NCBI RefSeq assembly: GCF_963921235.1
Contig: NC_086118.1
Location: 16,370,001-16,434,000, forward strand
Direction: 5' to 3'
From: Mobula hypostoma
Taxonomy: Eukaryota
Length of the DNA: 64,000 nt
A program made the position numbers and the translations under genes. Every line of letters begins with the position of its first letter. The stretch's first letter is position 1. Of the stretch, positions 49,566 through 62,235 are shown in pieces. Below the pieces are notes generated by a model. It saw nothing but the letters and a program-made list of their open reading frames with translations, had not been told where the DNA came from and searched no databases.

Positions 49566-50785
49566 ATTATGAAGGGAAGGTAACTCTTTAAGTTGTACTA
49601 GTAAGGATCTTAGGACCATAAGAAAGAGGAGCAGAATTAGGCCAGTTGGCCCATTGAGTCTGCTCTGCTGATGATCTCCCCTCTCAGCCTCAGGAATGCA
49701 ATGGTGTAATGTTGAAGCAGGTTCAAACATTAGGCCCATGAGCACTGACTGAAAATAAGTATACTAATCACTTATTTATAAACAGTAGAAAATTTGACTG
49801 AACATTTAATTTCTCCCAAGTTACACAAACTATAGAACTAAATATTCAACAAATACTTAGTTAAAAGTTCATGCAGAGTATACCTTTCGACAGTTTTGGG
49901 GACAAAGGGAAAAAGAGAGCCAACCTTTCACACATGTTACTCTTTATATCCCTGAGGCATGAGACACTAGGCACGCAAGCCAACCAATGGGAAAAGAGCT
50001 TTGCAGACTTTAAACAAACCAATCACTGACCAGCAGGATGGAAGTGGCTTCCAACCGGCAAATAAGCTACACCACCGCAGAAAATATCACCCCTTGAAAG
50101 TCACGACACCATGGCAATTCGACCCTCGGACGAGTATGTCCATTCCGTACTCCCTACTGAGCTACATATAAAACACAAGTACGATACCCAGTACTGTAAA
50201 CCCAATAGTCACCCCCCACCCCCCATGTACTACAGTAGAGCACCAGCTTCCCTGCTTCCCAAAAGGCATTCAACCCTCCCTCAGAGTGTAATAGCCAATG
50301 AGTTGGTTCCCACTTAACCTTATACCCAAACTCTCAGATGTGATCAACCAGATGACCAATGTTTCCCGACTGGTCAGGAATGTAGGTGCTGCATTCTTGA
50401 CCAGTAGCAGCACGAGTACCACCTTTTTCTGCGAGCAGGTAATCTAAGGCCATCAGTATCATTTCCCGGGACAGTCTGGTCATACCATGCTGGGAAAGGC
50501 TATCATTCAAAACCTTCCTTCCTCTGTAAAAGTCCCCTTACTATGCCGAGCAGCATGGGCAAGGTGCTCATCCAGGACACTGGGTGGTAAGCACATGGGA
50601 CCCCATTTCAGCTGCACCACCCTGCGGGAGCCACGGGTACAACTGGGATCTGCATATCAAGAAAGTGCCATTCAGCTTCCTGCAAGTGCCCACCTTCACA
50701 ACACCATCTGGCACAGGCACAGCCGTCCCAGGATTGTGTTCCTGCTCACACTTGCCAGTCTCCTTGTGCGAGTGTTTATCATACC

Positions 50786-53023
50786 AGAAACAAAGGTTCT
50801 GAACTTAAAGAGGGGTATCTTTGAAAGTATGAGTCGTGAATTAGCTAAAACAGACTGGCAAATGACACTTAAAGGATTGACGGTGGATATGCAATGGCAC
50901 GCATTTAAAGATTGCATGGATGAACTACAACAATTGTTCATCCCAGTTTGGCAAAAGAATAAATCAAGGAAGGTAGTGCACCCGTGGCTGACAAGAGAAA
51001 TTAGGGATAGTATCAATTCCAAAGAAGAAGCATACAAATTAGCCAGAAAAAGTGGCTCACCTGAGGACTGGGAGAAATTCAGAGTTCAGCAGAGGAGGAC
51101 AAAGGGCTTAGTTAGGAAGCGGAAAAAAGATTATGAGAGAAAACTGGCAGGGAACATAAAAACTGACTGTAAAAGCTTTTATAGATATGTAAAAAGGAAA
51201 AGGCTGGTAAAGACAAATGTAGGTCCCCTACAGACAGAAACAGGTGAATTGATTATGGGGAGCAAGGACATGGCAGACCTATTGAATAATTACTTTGGTT
51301 CTGTCTTCACTAAGGAGGACATAAATAATCTTCCAGAAATAGTAGGGGACAGAGGGTCCAGTGAGATGGAGGAACTGAGCGAAATACATGTTAGTAGGGA
51401 AATGGTGTTAGGTAAATTGAAGGGATTAAAGGCAGATAAATCCCCAGGGCCAGATGGTCTGCATCCCAGAGTGCTTAAGGAAGTAGCCCAAGAAATAGTG
51501 GATACATTAGTGATAATTTTTCAAAACTCGTTAGATTCTGGACTAGTTCCTGAGGATTGGAGGGTGGCTAATGTAACCCTACTTTTTAAAAAAGGAGGGA
51601 GAGAGAAACCGGGGAATTATAGACCGGTTAGCCTAACGTCGGTGGTGGGGAAACTGCTGGAGTCAGTTATCAAGGATGTGATAACAGCACATTTGGAAAG
51701 CGGTGAAATCATCGGACAAAGTCAGCATGGATTTGTGAAAGGAAAATCATGTCTGACGAATCTCATAGAATTTTTTGTGGATGTAACTAGTAGAGTGGAT
51801 AGGGGAGAACCAGTGGATGTGGTATATTTGGATTTTCAAAAGGCTTTTGACAAGGTCCCACGCAGGAGATTAGTGTGCAAACTTAAAGCACACGGTATTG
51901 GGGGTAAGGTATTGATGTGGATAGAGAATTGGTTGGCAGACAGGAAGCAAAGAGTGGGAATAAACGGGACCTTTTCAGAATGGCAGGCAGTGACTAGTGG
52001 GGTACCGCAAGGCTCAGTGCTGGGACCCCAGTTGTTTACAATATATATTAATGACTTGGATGAGGGAATTAAATGCAGCATCTCCAAGTTTGCGGATGAC
52101 AGGAAACTGGGTGGCGGTGTTAGCTGTGAGGAGGATGCTAAGAGGATGCAGGGTGACTTGGATAGGTTGGGTGAGTGGGCAAATTCATGGCAGATGCAAC
52201 TTAATGTGGATAAATGTGAAGTTATCCACTTTGGTGGCAAAAATAGGAAAACAGATTATTATCTGAATGGTGGCCGATTAGGAAAAGGGGAGGTGCAACG
52301 AGACCTGGGTGTCATTATACACCAGTCATTGAAAGTGGGCATGCAGGTACAGCAGGCGGTGAAAAAGGCGAATGGTATGCTGGCATTTATAGCAAGAGGA
52401 TTCGAGTACAGGAGCAGGGAGGTACTACTGCAGTTGTATAAGGCCTTGGTGAGACCACACCTGGAGTATTGTGTGCAGTTTTGGTCCCCTAATCTGAGGA
52501 AAGACATCCTTGCCATAGAGGGAGTACAAAGAAGGTTCACCAGATTGATTCCTGGGATGGCAGGTCTTTCATATGATGAAAGACTGGATGAACTAGGCTT
52601 GTACTCGTTGGAATTTAGAAGATTGAGGGGGGATCTGATTGAAACGTATAAAATCCTAAAGGGATTGGACAGGCTAGATGCAGGAAGATTGTTCCTGATG
52701 TTGGGGAAGTCCAGAACGAGAGGTCACAGTTTGAGGATGAAGGGGAAGCCTTTTAGGACTGAGATTAGGAAAAACTTCTTCACACAGAGAGTGGTGAATC
52801 TGTGGAATTCTCTGCCACAGGAAACAGTTGAGGCCGGTTCATTGGCTATATGTAAGAGGGAGTTAGATATGGCCCTTGTGGCTACGGGGATCAGGGGGTA
52901 TGGAGGGAAGGCTGGTGCAGGCTTCTGAGTTGGGTGATCAGCCATGATCATAATAAATGGCGGTGCAGGCTCGAAGGGCCGAATGGCCTACTCCTGCACC
53001 TATTTTCTATGTTTCTATGTTTC
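50786..53023 (+). mobile_element. Young 5'-truncated CR1 LINE, open RT frame to 52928
   Basis: KSPGPDG, NYRPVSLT, GVPQGSVLGP, FADD; (TTTCTATG)n tail. Confidence 0.95.
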
Positions 53024-53535
53024 ACCTACACCACCACTCCCTGTCAGGTGGGGAAGCCACTTTAAGAGTTACTACGATCCAATTAAACAAATAGTACACA
53101 GGGGAAATGCCAGCCCTTAAAGCACGAATTTGACCAGGGGCTATTAAGGCTCAAACTGATACAATACTATGGGTCGAGGTTGTCTGGAACAGTCTAGTCC
53201 TAACCATCTCCCCCAAAACGGAATGCCAAAACCTACGAAGCCGGGTGATTTCCCCCAACAATCATTTCCCTGATCATCAAAGGGATTGATATCAGTGGAT
53301 CCCTTCCCCGATGTAGTAAGGAGTCCTCATACAAATACAGCAAATCTGACCCGTTGGTCTGGTGGGCAAATCAAATGTTATCCAAAGGAATACATCGCAG
53401 GATCTTCGACCATAAGTCAGCATCCACTCCAGTTCCCGCTGCTGCTGAAGATGAGCTAAGACCCTTTGAACTGCCTTCACAGCATGGGATTTAGCAACTC
53501 CTGAATGCAATGCAACGAATCCAGCAGAGGACAAA

Positions 53536-54597
53536 ATACTTCATACTTTATAATTTATTGTCGCCAAACAATTGGTACTAGAACGTACAATCATCACAGC
53601 GATATTTGATTCTGCGCTTCACACTCCCTGGATTACAAATATTAAATATTAAAAATATTAAAAATAGTTAAATTAGTAAATATTAAAAATTTAAATTATA
53701 AATCATAAATAGAAAATAGGAAAATGGAAAGTAAGGTCATGCAGAAAAATCGAGAGGCAGGTCCGGATATTTGGAGGGTACGGCCCAGATCTGGGTCAGG
53801 ATCCGTTCAGCAGTCTTATCACAGTTGGAAAGAAGCTGTCTCCAAATCTGACCGTATGAGTCTTCAAGCTCCTGAACCTTCTCCTGGAGGGAAGAGGAAT
53901 GAAAAGTGCATTGGCTGGGTGGGTCGTGTCCTTGATTATCCTGGCAGCACTGCTCGGACAGCGTGCGGTGTAAAGTGAGTACAAGGACGGAAGATTGGTT
54001 TGTGTGATGTGCTGGGCTGTGTTCATGATCTTCTGCAGCTTCTTCCGGTCTTGGACAGGACAACTTCCATACCAGGTTGTGATGCACCCTAGAAGAATGC
54101 TTTCTACAGTGCATCTATAAAAATTAGTGAGGGTTTTAAGGGACAGGCCAAATTTCTTTAGTTTTCTCAGAAGTAAATGTGCTGGTGGGCCTTCTTGGCA
54201 GTGGACTCTGCTTGGTTGCCCCAAATCAGGGCACTTGTGATATTGACACTGAGGAACTTAAAGCTTTTGACCTATTCCACTTGCGCACCACCGATGTAAA
54301 TGAGGTCGTGCGGTCCGCTACTCCTTCTGAAGTCAACAACCAATTCCTTTGTCTTCCTGACGTTGAGGGATATGTTATTGTCTTTGTACCATGCCACGAG
54401 GTTCTCAATTTCCTCTCTGTACTCAAACTCATCATTACCCAAGATATGGCCTACAGTTGTTGTGTCATCAGCAAACTTATATATTGAGTTTGATGGAAAC
54501 TTAGCTACGCAATCATGGGTGTACAGTGAGTACAGCGGGGGCTGAATACATAGCCTTGTGGGGCACCAGTTCTCAGAGTGATTGTAGAGGAGAGCCT
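53536..54597 (-). mobile_element. Rex1/Babar LINE 3' portion
   Basis: TGAPQGYVFSP, YKFADDTT, FYRCTVESIL, SFFPTVIRLLN, AT-rich 3' UTR. Confidence 0.85.
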
Positions 54598-55017
54598 GAT
54601 AGAGAGAGGGCTTGAAGAATGACCCTTCTCCCCTAATGGCCTCCTTTTCTCGCTTCCCCTGTCAGGCAGTACTCCCTCCACATTGTATAGAGGGTGGGGG
54701 TGGGAAACCCATTTACCTGTTCCTTCAGGACCTGAGCTTTGAGAAACACCAAAAACATTTCCTATGGGCCATTCAGGATCCTCCACTTCGTCTGCTTATC
54801 CAACTTTTGTACCTGGCTACACACACCCTCTTCTACATACTCCAAACCCAGCAACAATTGAATCGCTGTGCTTATAGGATGATCAACAGCTGACCCTATT
54901 AAAGACAGCACCACTCCCTTTAAATGGGAAGCTGCTGATACAACCACGTGTCCTATCATGCCAGATGTTAGATCAACATCCTCTGGTGGGTCATCACTAT
55001 CGTTGTATAATTCTGTA

Positions 55018-55456
55018 TAGCTGTTTGCATGCAACAGTGGCCACACCCTGGGCAACGGCTTCGACAAGCCGGCTAAACGAGGTGAGGGTAGCTGACGGGT
55101 CTCAAACCCTCGGTGGGATAGGGAGTTGTCTAACCCAACATATGAAGACAGACTCTGGCGGATTGAGCAGACGAGACCAATGGAAGGTCCAACAGTCAGG
55201 AAGGCGGTCTCTGCAAGCGTCATGGAACGTGTAGAGCAGGACAAGACACAGAAGACGTCCTGGTCATCCACTGCGCCTAGTCCCATCTCCAGCCGTCTCG
55301 ACTCTTGTCTTGTCACTGGATCCAGATGGGAATTGGGAAGAGAGAGTGAGACTGACGCTGCGCAACTCTCCCTCACTTAAATCCAAATCACGCGCTAGTC
55401 TCGACACTATCATAATGGTGTCAAGGTCCTCACTGACGTTGACCATGGATGAACAC
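55018..55456 (+). mobile_element. Non-coding retroposon (copy 2, 5'-truncated)
   Basis: 11-bp TSD ATAATTCTGTA (55007-55017, 55457-55467). Same 3' end GAACAC as copy 1. Confidence 0.8.
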
Positions 55457-57529
55457 ATAATTCTGTAATAAGGGCTTTACTCTACCTCTACTGTACTCCA
55501 TTCTGCTTGGGGCTTTAAATTCCATTCAGAGAGAGAAGGATAGCTGAATTTAACCGCTGCTGCTACTCGATCCTAAAGTGATGCATTATGCTCAGGGGAA
55601 GCAAGCAGCTTTCTCAGGGCATTATTGACCGCATATTGGGACAATAGGCTCCCTAAAGCACCCAACTCTCTGTTAGATAGGATCAATATGGTTCACCACC
55701 TCATCCTATATCCTCTACAACCACGTGGCCAGAAACTCTCCAGGCTTCAGTTTGTACCTATCCCCTAAACTTGCCAGTTCCTTAGCAGAGAATTCTCTGA
55801 CCTCTATTGTCTCGAAGGGGCTCGTTGCACCATCCCCCACATGTTCCTGATCCTTCTCCCCCTCCTGGGAGGAAGAAGCCGTAATTCAATGCCACCCATG
55901 GCTGGTGTGGGAGCACTTGATCACTGGTCTTGGCCCACACTGTTTAAGGTACACACAGGAGAGCTTGATCATTTCAAGGGATAAACCCAGGGATCTATGC
56001 TACCCCTCTCCCTCACTTTCATCATCCAGCCAGACACCCCCATCCCACAGACCCACCGTAGGATCAGACGCTCAAACCTTAACAGGATCGGACTGCCAAT
56101 TAGCTCACTGGCAGCCTCTAATTGATGTACCTTCATTAGCCGACAAGCTATCTCTATATTCTTAACTTCAAATTTTGAAGCCCATGTCTGTGCCTTACTA
56201 TTGCTGCAAACAGCCAGAAAGCATCCCGCTGGCTATCCCTTTTCCTGGGAAAACCCAATGTTTTAAGTATGGACACAGTATGGTGTCCAGTTTCAACCCT
56301 GGCAAAATCTAACTGCTCTGATCAATCTTCCGGCATCCCATAACACCTCAGTAGGTTAGTGAGACTCCCAAAGCCCTCACTGTTATTATTCCACCCCAGG
56401 ACTTGGCATCTCTCATACGGGGAGGTCCTCTCTTTTAAATAACCTTTTAAAGAAATGCCTTTTCTGCTCAAGCAACAAACCCTGCTCACAGTGCCAAAAT
56501 GTAATGTTGAAGGAGGTTCACGGGTTGCTGAGTGAGACAGAAAACGCTGACTGCGAATAATCAGTTATTTACAAATAGTAAAAATTTTGAGCAAACATTT
56601 AAGTTCCCACAACTTACACAAACTACAGAACTAAATATTCAACAAACAGACATTAAGTTAAAAGTGTTCATGGAGCATACCTTCCCAACAGTTCCAGTTA
56701 CAAAGGGAAAAAGAGAGCATACCTTTCCTACACGTTACTCTTTATACCCCCGAGGTGTTTGAAACTGGACGCAAGGTGCTGTGGCACGCAAACCAACCAA
56801 TGGCAAAAGAGCATTGCAAGCTTTAAACGAACCAATCACTGACCAGCACAATGGATGTGGCTTTCGACTGACAAATAAGCTATGCTCTCCACAGGACACA
56901 CAAAGAGGCCGGTAGCTCAGCGAAAGACAGATAGTAGATATTGTTAATTGTAATTTAAACCAGGTGACTGGGAAATAAATTACACCCCCAAACATGGAGA
57001 CCAAGCTCCTCGGCTTCTAATGAAAAGCATGAAGAACTTGATTTTAATTTCTGTTGGGCAAACAATTGAGAGAGATAAAAAAAAAATCATCAGCAAGCAG
57101 GGTTTTCGGATTAAGTTGGTTACCAACTTGAAACAGGTGAAAAGTGCCACTGATTACAAAGGTAACAAGGAGAATATTGTGCTTGTTCATTCATTATGTG
57201 CCATGTTGGATGACGTGGGTTATCAATGTCTTCCTGTGACCATAGTTACTCTTGGAAATTTTTCTACAGAAGTGACTTACCATTGCCTTCTTCTCGACAG
57301 AGTCTTTACAAGATGGGTGACCCCAGCCGTTATCAATACTCTTCAGAGCTTGTCTGCCTGTCCTCGGTGGTCGAATAGCCAGGACTTAACGATATTCACC
57401 AGTTGCACATACAGCCATCGCCCAACTGCTCCCATGGCTTCACGTGACCCTGATCCCAGGGCTAAGAAGGTGCTACACCTTGCCCAAGGGTGACCTGTAG
57501 GGAGGGAAAGAGTGCCTTACACCTTCTTT

Positions 57530-59070
57530 GGTAGTAGAGCTACTAGGACTTGATGTTTCAATCCCTATGGTAAGTCGGCACTCTCGATGTTGGCAGTGGG
57601 CTTGGAGTGGTGACAAGAAGGGAGGGTAGGTACGTCATCGGGGTCATCAGGTGGGCACCCTCCTTCTTTGACGTTTCGTTGTTAAGCCCACGACATCTCC
57701 AGAGGGCTCAATGGTGCTACCCGGTGTTTCAGATACACCCCCCCTTAGTTCCATACCCTCCTGTCTTCATCTTGCAGCCCAGTTGTTGTCTTTCCTTTTA
57801 ATCCAAATCCAATTGCTGCTTTCTTCTGCTGCATTTGACAAGGGCTTGTTTGCTTGTTGGAGGGAGTGACCCCTCACCCCCATCTTCTTCAATAGACTAG
57901 TCGTAGATGTAGCAACGAATCCCCTGCATACCACTTCTACAGGGAAAATCTTGGTCTTCCAGCCATTCTGGGCAGCTTCAGTTGCCAGTTCAGAATATTT
58001 GGTCTTTTCCCTCTCATAACCTTCTTCAACACTATTTTCCCATGGTACTGTCGATTCCACAACATATGCCAGCTTGGCTATTGTGGACCACAGGACCATG
58101 TCTGGCTGGAGTGTTGTAGCCACAATGTCTGGGGAAAACACAAGCTTTTTTTCCAAGTCCATGTCCATTTTCCAAACATGCAGAATGCTTACATCTTTTG
58201 ATGTTATACGATGCTCCGGAGGTTGGCCTGCTGGTACAAATCGTGTGATGTGGACATTTCTTGCTGATGTTTATGGGAGAACATTTGTGGTGATTCACCT
58301 CTGCTCCAAGATTGATGCCAGCTGTCTGAGAACTTGGTTATGCCGCCAAGTGTACCGCCCCTGGGTGAGGCTCGTAGTGCATCCTGTTAAAATGTTCCTT
58401 AGTGATCCAGGTGCTTGACAAAGAGAGCAAGCGGGGTCTTCTCCCCACCACTGGTTCAGGTTCTGGGGTGTGGGTAGGAGGTCATAAGTGGCTCTGATGA
58501 CAAAACTTAGCTGAGATCTCTCCATCTCCCAGATGTCATGCCAGCTAAGTTTCCTCTTTTCCAGGCTCTCCCAATTAGTCCAGTGGCCCTGCTTGGCCAT
58601 TGAGATGGAACCTAGCACATCGCTCTGCCTCCTCCTGTCTTCTCAACTCCTCCACCACGAGTCATCTCTTCTGCACTGATGTTGCCTTGTGCCACTGAGG
58701 AGCTTTTGGGATGAGCCTGAGCCCGGCTCTCCCATGTTGGACTTGGCCAACCATATCCTTGAAGCGAAGAGCAGACTTAGCACTCTGAATGGCTTTAGAT
58801 GGAGTCCACTTCCTCACCGTTGCCACACGGTGGGGGGGGGGGGCGGTGCTGTTCGAATAACAGTATCTTCATATTCAGTGAGGGTCAGGACCAACCTTGC
58901 TTTGGTGCATTTGAACTCTTCCACAAGACTTGCAATTGGTAATTCTAGTTTGCCGTTCCCGTACAGTCCAACAGGACTTAAGCATCGCGGAAGTCCAAGC
59001 CATTATTTTGCATGTGTGCTGATCATTCTTTCAAGTTTTTCAACCTTGCTGATGGGGATTTCATACACTG
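57530..59070 (-). mobile_element. Hero-like (R2 superfamily) non-LTR retrotransposon 3' part with restriction-like endonuclease
   Basis: KQGHWTNWE, CSLC..ILTGC..GRYTWRHNQVL, QPDMVLWS..VESTVPWE..KYSEL, PVEV.CRG. Confidence 0.85.
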
Positions 59071-60779
59071 TTAAAGGCCACATGTATCTCCACCCCACAA
59101 CTCAAGAATATTGGGTGGGGCACCGAAATGGGAGGCTGAGTTCAAAATCCAACTTCGTTGCAGTGGAATTTAAATCCAGCTAATAATCTAAAATTAAATC
59201 AAATAAAAACTGTTCTGAATAATAATATGGATGCAAACATTCTTGAACTGTCATAAAACTTATCCTGCTCAGGAAGATATTCTTAATTGGCTGGATGGGA
59301 TGTGAACTCAAATTCATTAATATAATTGACTGTTAAATGCTCTCTGGAATGGTCAAGCATGCTATTTTAATTGGGGGGGCATTAAGGGTGAGCTATTGAT
59401 GCCCTTGTCAGTGATGCCCCCATCCTAAAAACAATTATTAAAAAATGAACTTCTCCTTCAGGGAAACAGACGTTTATATCTATGTCAAAGTTGCAAGTAA
59501 AGTGCATTTATTTTAAGGTCCCTGAGAAATACAAGATGTGAAAAAGCACAAAACTTCTCAAGATATAAAATGAACTTCTCAGAGGTGTAGAACCAGCTCC
59601 AAGGCACCAAAACCAGATGCTGTAAATGGACAGGTTTAAATTCTCTGCAAAAAGACATGCCACAGTAATCATTCATTCCGGTGATAAGTAGAATTTTATA
59701 CTTACTCAAAATAATTCTACTGTAGCAATAATTATTAAAGCAGACCTAGGAGATTTTATTGCCAAATTATTCTCAGTTTTTGAATTTTCTAGAAACAGAT
59801 GGCATCTGGCCCTTCTAAGCAGAAAGGCCTAGAAAAAATAAACCAGGACCTTGGTGTGCTGTGCCCAGTCTTACAAAAACTTGTGATTGGCCTCTGACCA
59901 TCCTGGGCCAGGGTAGAGTGAGGGAAAAAGCAGGAGTGGGTGGGGATAGGACTTCCAAAGTTCTCTTGTTCCCAGTCTGGCAGGACACCTGTGTGTCAAG
60001 GGCCCAAGTTTAGTGTCAGGATTTGTCTCTGGGCAACATAAGCTGAAAATATCAGGAAAGGAGCCTAGGTCAAAGGTTACAATGAGTCACGGGAGGCCTT
60101 GCTGGGGAACTATTAACATACAGAGAGTACTATACAAATTCAATTTATTTCATTAATACTTTTCCCATGTTCATTTTACTTTTGTGTAGTTATTAACCTA
60201 GCTATTGAAGGAACAGTTTCTCAATAGCGGCTTCACCAGTTGAAATGGTTAGTTTGTTGATCCAGTTGTTTCTTGTCTTTAATTCTACTGATGGCTTGAT
60301 AAGGTGTTTTTTATAAGCTAGGATTCATTCCAGTGTAGCATATTGTTCAGTATTAACCTATTCAAGAAGATGTTGACCTGTTGATTGCACTGTGTTTGGG
60401 TTGGCTGGGAGCAGTAAAGAACTATCATTTTGGCACTTGGTTTTCCATTTTTTGAAACACTGGGCTATCTCTTTCCTGTAAGTGTTTAAGATTTTCCAAA
60501 TCAATGGCATCCTGGACCTACATATGTAATCAGACAAATGCCCTCTATTCAAGATGAAATGCCTGGCACATCGCTGGGAAGGTTATATGTAAGGGCTAAA
60601 AATATTTTGTTAAGGGAATTGGGCTCTGTACTAGACTGCTTGGAACGTCTAAAGCTGCATGTTTGTCCAAATAAAACTTGGAATAGGTGACTTCTCAGCA
60701 GCTGCTTCCCCATTCGAGTAGATTCATAGGTAGTTTCTGCAAAAGCCCCAAATACCAACAGTGCCTTCTACTTTTCCTG

Positions 60780-61745
60780 GGAAGTATGAAAAATTAAAAA
60801 ATCAAAAAAACTGAAATGTCAGCAGTTCACAAGTATTCATCTCAATACTTAGATAAACCACCACTCGCAGCTATTAACTAGTAGCTTTTTGGATAAGTCT
60901 CCATCAGCTTTGAACAACACGATGCAGCAAGTTTTGCCCATTCCTCCTTGCTAAATTGCTCAGGTTTTGCCAGGTTAGTTGGGGAGCAGCAGTGGATAGT
61001 AACCTTGAGGTCATGCCAGAGATGTTCGATCAGTTTATGGTCAGGACTTTGACTGGGCCACTCAAGATGTTAATTTTCTTTATTTCAGGCCACTCAGTCG
61101 CTGAACTGGCAGTGTGTTGTGGGCCATTGTTCTGCTGAAAGACAAATATGTTCCTCAGTTTAAGCTTTCTGGAAGAGGCAAGCAGGTTTTCATCCAGGAT
61201 ATCTCTGTATTTTGTAAGTGATGCTATTCAAGGCCTTGATGGGCAATGATATGTTCTTTTTTTGCCAGGCTTCTTCCTTGCCACTCTTCCATAAATACCC
61301 TTTTTGTGCAAGGCCTTGGAGATTGTGGAGCCATGAACTTCAGCTACACTTGCTGCTATTGACTTCTGCAGCTCCCCCAGAATAACTGTTGGTGCCACAG
61401 TAGTCTCTTTTACACGTGCCATTTTCTTCCCGGCAACTAAATTTAGAGGGATGGCCTGACCTAGGCAGAGTGGCTGTGGTTTCATAATTTTCACGATGGA
61501 CTGAACTGAGCTGCGAGTATGTTCACACTTTTGAGATGATCTTGTACCCATCCCCAGATCTGTGTCAAGGCATTGTACAAATCGTTCCAATAACGACTTG
61601 GTGTGCAACCCATTATACTCACACTACTACCCAGCTTGGCTCTTTGTTCAGTCTGGCATCACCTGTCTGCACTCTGGATTTCAAAACTTCTTACAGACCC
61701 CATTCATTCAGGCTTCTATTAATGTCTTCCTATTTATAAGTAATA
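60780..61745 (-). mobile_element. Tc1-like transposon deletion derivative
   Basis: RSSVQSIVK, STISKALHKKGIYGRVARKKP, downstream DDE-region remnants. Boundaries approximate. Confidence 0.75.
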
Positions 61746-61899
61746 TATTTTAAACTTTTTATTTATACAATAATTATCTTATTTATTTAAAACTATTTGA
61801 TTTGTCTTTACGTCTCTCAATTGGATGCATTACAGAATAGTTCTCAGGCTGCTGATCTGTAAAAACATCATCAGGCTAGAAACGAAGAAAGAATTTTAA

Positions 61900-62050
61900 C
61901 AATACAGTTGATGCTTTGGTTCGAGATCCTTCATCAGGAGCCATGAAGGGTCCTGACCCGAAACATCAACTGTTTATTCATTTCCGTAGATACTGCCTGA
62001 CCTGCTAAGTTCCTCTAGACTTTCAGCATCTGCCGAATCTTTTGTGTTTA
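61900..62050. mobile_element. Penelope termini in head-to-head arrangement
   Basis: cagttgatg...ccttcatcagg followed by atgaaggg...gaaacatcaactg (inverted hammerhead-like halves). Confidence 0.55.
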
Positions 62051-62235
62051 TGATTAACAATACAGTTTTTAGTATATTCCCAAAAAAAACTGCAACCATT
62101 ACATAGAAATTGCTCGATCCAGTCTGCCACCTGTATTCACCTCATTGTATTACTCTCACTAGGAGCTCCACATTTCCACTTGAGTTTCACCTCTAGCAGC
62201 CACAGCCATCCTGTGAAATGGAGTGAGTTTGCCAG

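Larger units (their letters stand above)
49705..56893 (-). mobile_element. Second class III ERV: LTR-PBS(Ser)-gag-env-PPT-LTR, no recognisable pol, three nested inserts
   Basis: Diverged direct repeats 49705-50079 and 56500-56893 (TG...CA). PBS TGGCACTGTGAGCAGGGT at 56479-56496 (tRNA-Ser(CGA)-like). Gag remnants AFWLFAAI, LWDGGVWLDD, EVREFSAKEL resemble the 16.7-18 kb Gag. Env remnants NGTFLIC..YPWLP and MALDYLLAEKGG..QECSTYIPD at 50370-50675. PPT-like AAGGGGTG near 50090. Confidence 0.8.

Noticed and set aside
50487..52928. 813-aa ORF as a novel fusion RT gene
   Set aside because: The first ~100 codons are the antisense of decayed ERV env that happen to be open into a 5'-truncated CR1 starting near 50786.
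49700..56900. TSD for the second ERV
   Set aside because: Flanks (aatgg versus ggaca) do not match; decayed or recombinant, so none is claimed.
57180..57530. Probable SINE/LINE-derived repeat and the 157-aa ORF 57020-57493
   Set aside because: Looks repeat-like, but I could not establish family, ends or TSD from this window.
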